From Phoronis australis (taxonomy: Eukaryota > Animalia > Phoronida), in contig NMRA01000025.1 in assembly GCA_002633005.1 (NCBI GenBank), forward strand, positions 537,900-601,899: a DNA stretch of 64,000 nt, written 5' to 3'. A program made the translations under genes and the position numbers. Numbering within the stretch: the stretch's first letter is position 1; every line of letters starts with the position of its first letter. Shown piece by piece: positions 10,738 through 22,403 of this stretch. The notes beneath the pieces are model-generated. The model was not told where the DNA came from, ran no database searches, and saw only the letters and a program-made list of their open reading frames with translations.

Positions 10738-13708
10738 ATACCATTTTCATTAACATCAGACACATAACTACTGCTACCTTCTTGACAGGAATCTCATCCT
10801 TTTCGATCACTTTACTGGCTCGTCCATGGCTGACAGCATCAGCCTCCACAGGTTTCTCACTGTTAGGTATTTGGGTGGGGACAAACGGCACTCTATCAGT
10901 AGTCACTACCTCTGATGATGACAAAGTGCTGAGGAACAAGGGAGACAACCATCAAACAAATGTGTACATAGTCCACTAACAGTCACAACAGAAGTTGAAC
11001 TCCATAACTATAATATCAACTCCTATGCTGCATGGCAACAAATCCTTTTATTCTGGACCCCATTGTTTCCTACAAATTCCGAGAGAACTGGACCATATCT
11101 TAATGGTGCCTAAAATTATGGACATCATTTCTTCACGGAAAGTAAAGATGTTGCTTGTTTTCCTGGAAAAGTTTTAAAGCGAGAAATTTATGTGACCATC
11201 CTTAAGCAAGCAATTTTATGGTCAGAACATGCAAAGTCATCAGCATATCTATTTTGAAACCTGCGCTGCCAAAACATACTTTCACGTTTAAAACAAGCCT
11301 TAAAATCCAGGTCCACAGAGAACATCCCCATGATGTCGTTTTACCTGGTTGCTATGGTGACGACCCTCTGTACAGGAGGAGGGTGTTTCTTTAGCTCATC
11401 TTCGTTGTCCGAGTGTCCAACTGAGGCATGCCTATAAAAAGATGCCATTAAATGTCACAAGCTGTGCAGCTAAACACCACAATCTCACTACAAGAGCAAC
11501 GCGGAGCGTCTAAATGTACCCACGAATGCATTCCAAATGGTGTGCTTTTAGGGTTGTTTATTTATCAAAAAAATGGTCGCTAAATGGCGCAAAAATGTAC
11601 AATCCATCCGAAAACGGGAACATGTCACTGCTTCATGGCACTTCAGAGAAACAAAGGAAAACAACATAAAACGAAATTGCCACTAAGATGCACACTGTTC
11701 ATTGGATCTGTCTGAAAGTCGTCATTGCCTGTTGTTAGCTTTATATAAATACACTGATTAAATTTAATAAAGATCCTGCAGTGGGTTTAAGAGATAGAGC
11801 CATGGGCGCAAAACAAAACAAAACTACCACTAGGAGGCACCACAGTAGTCAAAGTTGTCATCGTCAACCGTCCTCTTCACACTGAGAATATATACGCCAA
11901 CTTTCAAAACCATCCTTAGAACGATTTGCCAAAAAACAAAACCCGAAAAAAACAAAAATGGCCACTAGGTGGCGCAAAATACCTTGATTCCATCCAAAAA
12001 CGAGAGGATAGCCTCATCTCACCAATAGATGTCCGCAATCAAAATTTTATGAAAATCCGTGGAGGACCTTTGAAAATACAACTAACTCTCACTCAGCCCA
12101 TGGCAGCGGAGAATATTCCAATCAAAGCAAACAACTAACTCTCACTCAGCCCATGGCAGCGGAGAATATTCCAATCAAAGCAAACAACTAACTCTCACTC
12201 AGCCCATGGCAGAGGAGAATATTCCAATCAAAGCAAACAACTAACTCTCACTCAGCCCATGGCAGAGGAGAATATTCCAATCAAAGCAAACAACTAACTC
12301 TCACTCAGCCCATGGCAGAGGAGAATATTCCAATCAAAGCAAACAACTAACTCTCACTCAGCCCATGGCAGTGGAGAATATTCCAATCAAAGCAAACAAC
12401 TAACTCTCACTCAGCCCATGGCAGTGGAGAATATTCCAATCAAAGCAAACAACTAACTCTCACTCAGCCCATGGCAGTGGAGAATATTCCAATCAAAGCA
12501 AACAACTAACTCTCACTCAGCCCATGGCAGTGGAGAATATTCCAATCAAAGCAAACAACTAACTCTCACTCAGCCCATGGCAGTGGAGAATATTCCAATC
12601 AAAGCAAACAACTAACTCTCACTCAGCCCATGGCAGTGGAGAATATTCCAATCAAAGCAAACAACTAACTCTCACTCAGCCCATGGCAGTGGAGAATATT
12701 CCAATCAAAGCAAACAACTAACTCTCACTCAGCCCATGGCAGTGGAGAATATTCCAATCAAAGCAAACAACTAACTCTCACTCAGCCCATGGCAGTGGAG
12801 AATATTCCAATCAAAGCAAACAACTAACTCTCACTCAGCCCATGGCAGTGGAGAATATTCCAATCAAAGCAAACAACTAACTCTCACTCAGCCCATGGCA
12901 GTGGAGAATATTCCAATCAAAGCAAACAACTAACTCTCACTCAGCCCATGGCAGTGGAGAATATTCCAATCAAAGCAAACAACTAACTCTCACTCAGCCC
13001 ATGGCAGTGGAGAATATTCCAATCAAAGCAAACAACTAACTCTCACTCAGCTCAATGGTGTTATCGAGTGTAATTAGGAATTCCAACTTTCAACTTAACG
13101 ACCCAATGGGGTTCCAACCCTAAACATATGATTTTCAAAGAAGGCGCTGCATGGATTTATAATAAGCCCTGCTGAACCTCCCAATTGTGTGCTTAGAATT
13201 TCTACTACCAAATCCCTAAATGCCCCTCCCCCCACACAGTACAGGTGAACTAGAAGTATGAATACCGTTTTCGTTGTCGCGACAAATCACCACCAATGTT
13301 TGGCTTAGCTTTAGGGAATCTGCTCCTGACTCTTGGTGGTCCAGTTTTGTCCGCGTCCTGCTTTGCAGTGGAGGCTTCTTTTGCCTCGGGCTCAGGTTGT
13401 TGACTGATATTCCTTTCACATGCACTGTCCCCACGTGGGTCAGGAGTTATGTCCTCTGTACACTTGTCAGATGCATTGGGGGTTGGTGCAAAACTAGGAG
13501 ATTCCGTAACCCCCTTTAAAGCAGTCTCCGCTGCATCTTCAATAGTCTGTTCGCGAGGCGGAGGTTTTGGGTCCTTTTGAGCAGCTGCCTCTGCGCTCTG
13601 AGCAATCTTTTCGGGGCCTTCGGTGGGTTTTACGCTTGGCGCAGAAGTAGATTTGCCACGACCACCAAGGTTAGGTTTGATGGACAATCGGGATCGCCTA
13701 GTAGCCAT
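1003..13708 (-). CDS. BDP1: Transcription factor TFIIIB component B'' (BDP1), spliced, 3' part continues beyond window start. Inferred coding exons: 13708-13266, 11431-11345, 10928-10778, 10023-9908 (duplicate copy 8137-8022), 6205-6020, 5501-5371, 4029-3935, 3033-2979, 1781-1647, 1063-1003
   Basis: All exons have AG/GT borders and their phases chain into one frame. BDP1 hallmark motifs: N-terminal MATRRSRLSIKPN; KMTMKDLIYWNPTSNPM; APQLKIGEDGEIILNEDSL; SANT/Myb-like domain WTQKETAKFFKALSCVGTDFSMMSNLFPKRSRAELKNKYKREER. Confidence 0.9.
1934..2474. mobile_element. Old MITE-like element with degenerate about 80-bp terminal inverted repeats
   Basis: ttatcaagaaattcccttcaacac...gttgatcaac at the left, against gttgatcaac...tgttgcaaggaatttattgataa at the right. 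Confidence 0.4.
4262..4572. repeat. 30-bp minisatellite, about 10 copies
   Basis: Unit ttatcaacatgaagattcaccaatgctaag. Confidence 0.9.
6505..7345 (+). mobile_element. DINE-1-like non-autonomous Helentron (HINE) with about 130-160-bp central repeats, in a BDP1 intron
   Basis: Repeated units ccactag(g/a)(g/a/t)ggc; ggacgcc microsatellite (6633-6665, 7275-7290); terminal stem-loop ccacatataaatatgtgg followed by an A-run (~6682-6717, ~7308-7343). Confidence 0.7.
7083..10731. other. Apparent 1.75-kb tandem duplication across an N gap (7083-8849 vs 9003-10731), probably unmerged haplotypes
   Basis: The copies differ by scattered SNPs and small indels and break at an (ATT)n microsatellite next to the gap. 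Confidence 0.75.
11489..12076 (+). mobile_element. HINE copy (acaagag-end half) in a BDP1 intron
   Basis: Starts acaagagcaacgcggagcg, a DINE-1-like terminus. Central units are homologous to 6720-7140. Confidence 0.7.
12077..13051. repeat. 53-bp tandem repeat, about 18 near-identical copies, in a BDP1 intron
   Basis: Unit acaactaactctcactcagcccatggcagtggagaatattccaatcaaagcaa. Confidence 0.95.
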
Positions 13709-15135
13709 TACAAGTTGTAAGAGACCGAATCTAAAATGTTCATGTAAAACAATTATTGAAACCTGTCCTTTCAAAAATTGTTCAAAGCACATGAGTATAT
13801 TGCAACTATCAGTACTTTAAGTCACAGCACTTCAAGTACACTTCATATGTAGGACACATTTGCATGTCATTGATGCTTTGAAATCTTTCCAATTCAAACA
13901 GGCAACATCAGGTTCTAGTCCTCAATAAGAAAATCAATTTTGAACTGCTGTATATATTTCAACATGCCCCGAAATTTAGAGAGGATTAAGGAAAGGACAC
14001 TCATCAAGCAGCAGTGCTGAGAGAAGGCAGTGCAAACGCGTGACCTGGCTAGCTGATGCCTGCCCTTGAACGGTAACTGTAGGATTTCCTCCAGGTGGTT
14101 GTGTAAATGCAGACAAGACCCTCAATGCCTTGATTCTGGGGCTGAATATTGGCCCCATTCCCCAATGAAAAATATATATATAATGCACTAGCCTAATAAA
14201 CCAGTCTTGCTCTATGTATCCAACCTCGCCCTTCGTTTTCCTATAGTCACAAATTCCCATCAGGGACATTTACTTTTACTTGTCTTTAAGACAACTAGTA
14301 GACGTTGATATTACAAAGAAGCAAATTATAACCAAGTAACACCATTTATGATGTCATAAGAACCTAACTGAATTTGATCCGGTTAGTACCATAAATAAAC
14401 TACCCTGGACACTTTTGGAACTTTACTGGGAACAAAAGAAACGACAATGTATCACTGTTTTAACCTCAACTGACACCAGCATAACTTAAACACATAGCAC
14501 TTTGAGATTTTAATTCTGGACTTTCTGTATTTATTTCCCAGAGCCTAAGACAGTGAGGAGCCCAGCCCAGTCCTGAACAGGACACTCCTCCGGTTAACTT
14601 TTCTGTATTGGCTTTTGGTAGGTAACCTTCAAATTTAATACGAAAATAATAAAAATTGTTGAAAATGAAAATGTTGTCAACTTTCATTCAAGTTTTGCTG
14701 CCTGTTTCAGTCAACTTATTAAATTTCTGAAGTTATGGGAGCCAACATAGCAAGCACACAAGATGAATTTCTTTGGCAAATTATCTGGTCAAAACAACTT
14801 TTGAAAGTAACATAGTCATTACTGTCTACTGCATTGTGCTTCATATTTTTTCAATAAAAATGGTTAGAAGTGACTTCCTACTAAACGAAGAAAGACATGC
14901 GCCCTCTTTTTTCAAACTAAAATCACTTAAAATCAAACACAGCCCAAACATGTCCACACTGTCACTGGGTCATTGAGGAACATTGTAGCTTTCCAATGTG
15001 TTTGGTTTTGACTAAAATACTACAAAATTCTTGAAAATTGACTTCAACGTGGGAGCACCTGCTTCAAGTGTGCGGTTCGGATGTCCAGGAAGTGAGTGAT
15101 GAAATTCACTCACTGGACACCAGTCACTCACTCAG

Positions 15136-16065
15136 TAGGCAATGACCATCGCCTCTGTTGGCCCGAACCAGAGGCGATGCAGAGGCTATAGGCGCTCTGT
15201 ACGCCGGAAGCTTTTCGGCGAATTATGCCTCGCACCGACTAAACCATCAAAGTCACGTTGTTATAAATACCTTTTGCGCATAGAGGAACACCTTAGGAGG
15301 TTGTCGATGTGTTTAATTCCTTCCAACTCGAACAAATACTCCCGTTATGAAACTTTTTCTTCGAGCAGTCCCTATTTCAGTTCTCAAAATCGTGAAATCA
15401 AAATTTTCATTTTTTTTAACCAGGCTGAAGGTCAGAAGTTGCGATCCTACCAGCGAACTTTGAAACCTGAAGTTCCCGCCGTTTGCGTACGTGCTGCCGG
15501 GAACCAGCCGTGCATTTGCCGTGTTGTTAAACATTAAAATGTCAAATATGTGCACAAAGACTATTAAATGTCATATCAACAGCATTTATTTTTATCAAAT
15601 ACAAACAATAATTCATTGAAATACAAACAGTTTCAAGTAACGCCAATTAAAGACAAGTATAAGTGGTTGCATTTTGGAAACGAACATTTGACTGACAAGA
15701 CCGCAATGGCTCACCTTTGGCCTATTTAAAAATTGAGGTGATGAAGTCACATCACCTAGCGAGCGCGGTAAAAATTGGACCGTGCGCAGTACAAAAATTT
15801 TGATTTCACGATTTTGGGAACTGAAATAGGGACTGCTCGAAGAAAAGGTTTGATAACGGGAGTATTTGTTCGATTTGGAAGGAATTAAACACATCGACAA
15901 CCTCATAAGGTGTTCCTCTATGCGTAAAAGGTATTTATAACAACGTGACTTTGATGGTTTAGTCGGTGCGAGGCATAATTCGCTGAAAAGCTTCCGGCAT
16001 ACAGAGCGCCTATAGCCTCTGCATCGCCTCTGGTTCGGGCCAACAGAGGCGATGGTCATTGCCTA
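15136..16065. mobile_element. Non-autonomous Mutator-like (foldback) DNA transposon, 930 bp, about 272-bp TIRs, 9-bp TSD
   Basis: TIRs at 15136-15407 and 15794-16065 (TAGGCAATGACC...GGTCATTGCCTA). Flanks are ctcactcag / ctcactaag. Confidence 0.88.
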
Positions 16066-17240
16066 CTCACTAAGCAGACTCAAACCCACGGCACTGACTG
16101 GGTCATCCAGTCAGGGTTGTGCAATTCATTTCCACGACTTACGGTGAACTGAAAGTAAAGTCAGTAAGAAGCACCGTGACTGACTAGACAAAGATTGACG
16201 CATTGTTTAGCCACTGCTTTTCAAACTTACACGTGGTTCCAACGTTATCAATTTCAGTGAAGAAACGCATACAATTGAGGTACGTCAGCCAGCTGCCATT
16301 ATCCATTATCTCGTGTGCGGAGATAACAGTAGCTTTATCAAACTCAAAATTACTCTACGTAGCGACAGGTGACGCTTTAGGCAGGTTCCTCGAGTCTCGG
16401 GCATCGGTCGGGTGACCCGATCCAGCCTGGATACAAAGTAAAATTCTCAAGTTACATATCCTGCCCTCTTTTTAAGGCACGAGTGCACCCCTCCCCCCCG
16501 CACAGCCCCATAACGAAAGCCACGGGCATCAATGACACTTGCTGAGTGCCACAGATACTATTGAATCTACACAGCAGGCCTAATTGTTCCGGTTATTGAA
16601 CATCTTACACTCATGCAGGCCGGCACCGGCTGAATGGCTTTTGATCGAGTGATTTGTTAGTGTTGAATACCTCTAACGGTAGCAACAATAAAGAAATTTC
16701 GCACACATACCAGCATGGCTGTGCGTACTGGGAATTTCCAAAAAAATAGATCCACTCAAAGGTGCGCCCAACTGCATGGGCTTTTTTTCATCAGAAAGTT
16801 TTCCAAAAGTAGGCCTACCCTAATGAACGTATTGGGAAAATTTTCCAAAAGTAGTCTACGCCCACTATGGGCGTATTTTCGGTAACTGGTTGCATGTTGT
16901 GAAAATCTGATGGATTGTTCGAAAATACGTTTTGTTTTGATGTGAATTCATTTCGGCAAAACAAATATAACGGTGTGCGACTGATTTCACACTCCGGCAT
17001 CGGGTGCCGTGACACAGTGTTATAACTAACCGCATTAGCACAGCAGTGAAGGACAGTATTAACGCACTGTGTTTGTTGAATGCGAATTAAGTACGGATAA
17101 ATAAAGTTAATTAAACTATGTATAACTTTTTAATTGATTCTTTATCAGTGCAACCAATAGTCTTAATTTTAGGACAACATTTACAGAAGGGCTTAACTCA
17201 CTAGCTTTTACTTCTTTAAAAACAGTGTTGAGTTACTAAT

Positions 17241-17402
17241 CAGGGGCGGATCCAGGATTTTGAGTAAGGGGGGCCAGGGCAGCATATTAGCCAGGATTTT
17301 GCCCGTCAGACATTGTACCTCCGAACTGCCTAATGGAATCTGGGAGAATTTTAGGGCCGGGGTGCAAGATGGTCCCCTTGGCCCCCTCTAAATCCGTCAA
17401 TG
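17241..17402 (+). mobile_element. About 160-bp hAT-like MITE (family also at ~28238-28390 and, inverted, at 32152-32308)
   Basis: Termini caggggcggatcc / aatccgtcaatg; flanks ctaat / cttat. Shared internal sequence gccaggattttgcccgtca...atctgggagaattttag. Confidence 0.7.
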
Positions 17403-19649
17403 CTTATTTATGAAAATGTTAGACGGTTTCCGAAAATACGCGCCCAGACTAATCGAAATGCATCTAACATAACTGAAGGTTCGCCCACGCCTCGGTCAAT
17501 TAGGTCACCTGTAGAGCAAACCGTGATGATTAGTGAACACAACACTCTGAATTTGACCATATCTACGCCTGCACGATTGTTTACCATGCAGCAGGTAATA
17601 CTAGAAAACAAAACACTTCAACCAATCAGGATAGTGCTTAAGCAGCGCTGCGATTGGTTGTAAAAAGTCGGTGGTAAGATGACAAAATTGAAACATGGAA
17701 TATTGACAGGTCACATACTGGGCAGGTGCTCAGAGATTTGGTTGGTGGTAATTATCTTGTTTATCAATGCTTAGATCTACTTCTATTCAGAATGTGAATA
17801 GCGACAACACAAATGACCTCCCCCAAGCTATTGTGAGTGTGTTTACAATATACCCTACCAGGTAACAATAAGGCAGTTTTAGTGAGGTTTGCACTCTCAA
17901 CCAGAATGGACTATTTTCAGTGACTTGTTATGCTGGGGAGCTGAAGTTGTGAAAGACCTTTCCCACAAGTGCGAGAATTTAGCCAAATATGAACAGAAAT
18001 GTAGAATTTAACTGGATAAATTCATACATTTTCTGAAAGTAGAAATCCTGCAGAATATAAGTATGAGCTTTATATCAAATTTCTCATTAACTGTGACCAT
18101 GTTTCATCCGGGCAGAACTAAGAGAAAAAGAAATTAGCATTTCAAGATGAAATCTCAAAAAATATAACGTTTTTCTTTTGTCTATGCGGCTTTTTCACAA
18201 AAAAACGAACCACGTGCAAACGTGGGACATTAAAAATACAAATAGGGTTTTGAAGAACAATTGCACTGAGTTAATTAGTATGGTGTTTTCTTTTACAGTT
18301 CGAGTCTGAAAAATCTACGACGTTGTCGACTGATGACCCGGAGAGTGAAAGTTGGAGCTAGTGGGGGGGTGTATGAAGAGATGAATAAAAAGAACGCTAG
18401 CAGCTGGCTACGGGCATGGAACATCGGGCCTAGGGAATATCGATCCACGGAAACATCGGAATAGAACACCGCGGTTCTGACTGAGGAGCATTGGACCAGA
18501 GCACCGACAGCTTAAACGTGCAGAGTCGAGCCGGTATACTCTTTTTGTTAGGTCTGCCGCTGTTTTCTTTTGACGTGCGGCTTTGGAATGATGCACACTT
18601 GAATCGCAGGAGTGCATGTTACATTGGCAGCAAGGGGCACTTATTTTATAGCAGTCAGAAAACGCTAGGGGGCGCTTATAGGGGCATGGGCGCTTCATTA
18701 GGGTAAATTCGGTAGATAATCTCTCCAACACGTGGAAGCTTGCACGCACGCACTGCACTGTTGCCACGTGAGAATTATTAGCAATCCAAGTGGAGCGCTG
18801 CATGGTCACTTGTCGTCTGCACACTACAGTCGGTTCTCAATGGGCAAGAAAATAGTTCTCATTCAATTCCATAAAATGCGAAATAAGTAACCGTTTCTTG
18901 GCCCTGTTACACAGAAAGTAACATATCAATTTTTAGGTATCTTTAGAATAAAATTTTTCAGTTTTCTTGAGCTTTAACCGACCATTTTTTATCAACTAAA
19001 TGGGACCGCATCACATGCGCGTTAATTTACGGCTTCTCGTGTGTGCAATATTTTTTATGAATCGAGAAGTTGTGCATCAAATTTCATCGTTCGAACGCAA
19101 ACAGAGATGTTTTTGATCGACAGTTTTAGGGGATACATGAAATATAAGAATAAAGGGCTACATTTGTGAGTATGACAATCTCGTTTTCTGCAAGCACCGG
19201 TTTATCGTTCAGCAGTCAGGTAATCTCCAGCTGGTTTGGTGGCTGACTCACAATAGCTCTATTGAAACTATTGTGAGAAAGCTCTATTCATGAGCGACCG
19301 GCAGTAACAAGGGGTTACCGTAGTCGCGGGCGCTTTCAGACCACGCTGACCCATATGTCATTTTTCAATTTCAAATTGAAAAATAAAAATATGAAATACG
19401 GAATCAAAATTTCATTTTTCAATTTCAGACTGAAAATAGAATATTGAGTTTTGAGTCAATATTTCATGTTTCATTATTCAATTTCAAATTGAAAATTGAA
19501 CTGGAAACCAGCACACGGATTGAAAACGTCCTCTCAAAAACGTCACATGAAACCAAATAGTGACACCACCGTAATAAAAACCCGCTTACGCCCGTACACA
19601 CCGAATTGAAAACGAAAGTCAAGGCTATTCCACCAACCAAAATAGATGT

Positions 19650-21250
19650 ATATTTACAGAATTACAAGTAAAAATAAATGGATAAAAAACTGAAATATCA
19701 CAAAAATAAAAAGACGCAATTTACAATTTACACAAAACGACACAAATATACAGCGGGGACTCACTGTCTCTAAAATAAGAAAGAAATGAGGAGCAATAAG
19801 TTGATTTACGAACTATCCCCAAATGTTTGATATAACACATTGCATTGGTCTTGAAAACTTATCTATATACGACACACTTCCATCTTCCTGGCCCCGGAAT
19901 TTCAATAGCTGTCTGAGTCTCCTTACCTGGTGCTAGATCAAACGTGGCCAATTCAAGAAGACTATTCCAAATTCTGGCCGCCGGGCGAAGCTTTGACGTA
20001 CAGTGCTGACTGAAAGTGTCTCCTAAAAATTGATACCTAATTAACAGGCCCTATCTGCTTCTTTTCACTTTGTACCAGCTCATTGAGGTCATTGTACATT
20101 GGCCAGTTTCTAAAAAGAAAAATCTGCCCAGTGCTGTAGTGGTAAAATTCGAGGTAAATAGGCGCCCAAAGCCCGCCGTATCACCTTGAGCACTGAACGT
20201 AACTTACGGTGCGTAGGCGCTACGTTCAAATGCCAAAAAGTGGTTGGCTGCGTCTACGTGCGTCTACGTGCGCCTACGCCCCACTACAGCACTGCATCTG
20301 TCTCTATTTGGCGCATTCGCACGAGTTTGAGAGAAGGCACATTTATCCTTGCCTTCAATGTATAATCAGAAGTAAAATCCTGATACATATATTGAAGTAT
20401 CCTCAGATTGATCTTCTTTAACTTTCCTTCAAATTTCTTACTACAAAAAGGTCGTCACAGATTAGAGAAGCTACTGAATGTACAGTAAATACCTCTACGA
20501 CATTCAATATTCATAAATTCTCCCACGCGTTTGAATGTTTAGCCGCTTTGGAACAAATTGAGACAACATGTTGATCAAAATCATCTCGTTGTACAGCTGA
20601 ATGAAACGGGGACGGCAACGCCGAATGGTCGCCGTCCGAAGGTAATATCCCTATATTGATCGCGTTTGCCCGCGTTGAACACAAGGCAATCACCGAGTTC
20701 GCGGCGGTCCCAACTTCAAAGGTCGTCGTGTATGTGGGACATATATGAGGATACGTGTGAGCATACCTTACACCATTGTCGTCAGCATAATTTGCAATAC
20801 TGGGTAATGGCATACATCTATAAAAATATCATTTAAAAATAGCAAAATTATAAGGTCATAAAATGTACCCTTGGGATACTCTGACAAATATTACTTCTTG
20901 AACCGCCTTACTGAACACTTTGCCTTCGTCTAATCCTTGACCAGTCTACCAGACTCATTGATACCGAAAAGCTTGGCCTCAAGAAGTTTGTGGGGTAAAA
21001 CTTCAAAAGCTTGTGATAAGTCCAACAGTATGGCCCAATATGCATATTGGCATCGATAGCCAGTCTACTCTTCGGTGAAAGCGAGTACAGATTGTCAGTT
21101 GTAGCCTGACTAGTAGCCCTATAGCAGACGGTAGTGCATGGGTCTAAAATGGATTCAAAGTATTCAGTATAGAAGGCCAAAGCGGAAACAATCCAGGACA
21201 CACATTTCTATTAAAGAATTAAAAACTTTGCAGAACCAAAAAAAAACAAC
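19650..21250 (-). mobile_element. Decayed LINE (CR1/L2-group-like) RT and 3' region
   Basis: Frame-broken minus-strand RT motifs: ILLDLSQAFEVLPHKLLEAKL (~21030), PQG..IL (~20870), ANYADDN (~20785), and C-terminal AARIWNSL (~19970). Boundaries approximate. Confidence 0.75.
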
Positions 21251-22403
21251 TAATCAGGTCACGCCAGGACCTATAATTTGTCACGTCAAGACCAAAATTC
21301 AACATGTCAAGACAGAAATTTTATCTTTCCATGACAAAAAGTATCACGCCAGGACAGAAAGTGTTCGTGCCAGGAGACCACGTGACCATCCACAAGCACG
21401 TGACCACGAACATGTGGACGATGATCGAGAGCGTGGCGGCAAAGAGTGCAGTACACTCCTTGGTGGCGGTCTCAGAGATCTTGTACCCAGTCAACCTTAG
21501 TGAAGCATCCGCGTTTTGATAGAACAGTACGCAGAGAGGCTGTGTCTCAATATACTCAGTCGTATTCAAGTTGAACAAAAAATGAAAGATAATATAAAGT
21601 CCCTCATGGCAATTAACTTATTTTTACATAGTACAGCGAATGCCACACAAACGCAGCTATTTTAATAGCTGAATTTAAAAATTCAGAAAAAGCATTAGGA
21701 ACAACGCACGTACCACGCAGATTAAGGGTAGCTAGGAAAACACAAGCACGCGTGGTGTTGGGTGTGAACTAGGAGAGAAAAACATCACTAAGCCCACACG
21801 TAAGTCTCTGTCGTCGACCTCACTACGTTGAATTTCCGCGCAGAGGTAGCATTTAGATGCTGTTTGCTTAATTATCGTAGTTGCCTATAGATTACAAATT
21901 AGTTAGGAATGAATTCCACAGGGGCGGCTCAATTTAGAAATGTCGTCGGATCTTGGTCAAAATATCATGTACAGTGCAGTTAGAGCGCCATACGTGAAAG
22001 TATGCGAAATCACAAGAGGTGGAATCCGTCTTTATTTTTTTTTTCTAAACCGCAATTTAGTGTCTGAAATTGATACAGCGGAAATGACTTATTAAGATTT
22101 ATCACTAACTGTAGTTGTGATTACTAGTTACAGTAAATTCTCGATTGATCATTTGAAGGAACGGAAATTAAACCAATCAATACGTATGTTGTTGGCGTAC
22201 AAAACAGTTGAATAAACGAGGTGAACCATTTTGACTTTAGCAGCTGAGTTAGGCCAGAAATAAGCTGAATAAATAGATTTGCTGATGATGTTGATTTTGT
22301 TGTCAGAAATTACCGCTCTATGTCATATAAGATTCGAATGTAGTCGTGTCACGTCAGAAATTGTTCGGATAAATTGTCGCTGAGTGAGTGCAGGCGTCCA
22401 AAC

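Noticed and set aside
12077-13051. CRISPR-like appearance of regular repeats
   Set aside because: These are pure tandem units with no unique spacers and no cas genes, in a eukaryotic intron.
15142-16059. Recurrent ORF MTIASVGPNQRRCRGY... (four copies, both strands)
   Set aside because: It is a translation of the Mutator-like TIR and has no recognisable domain.
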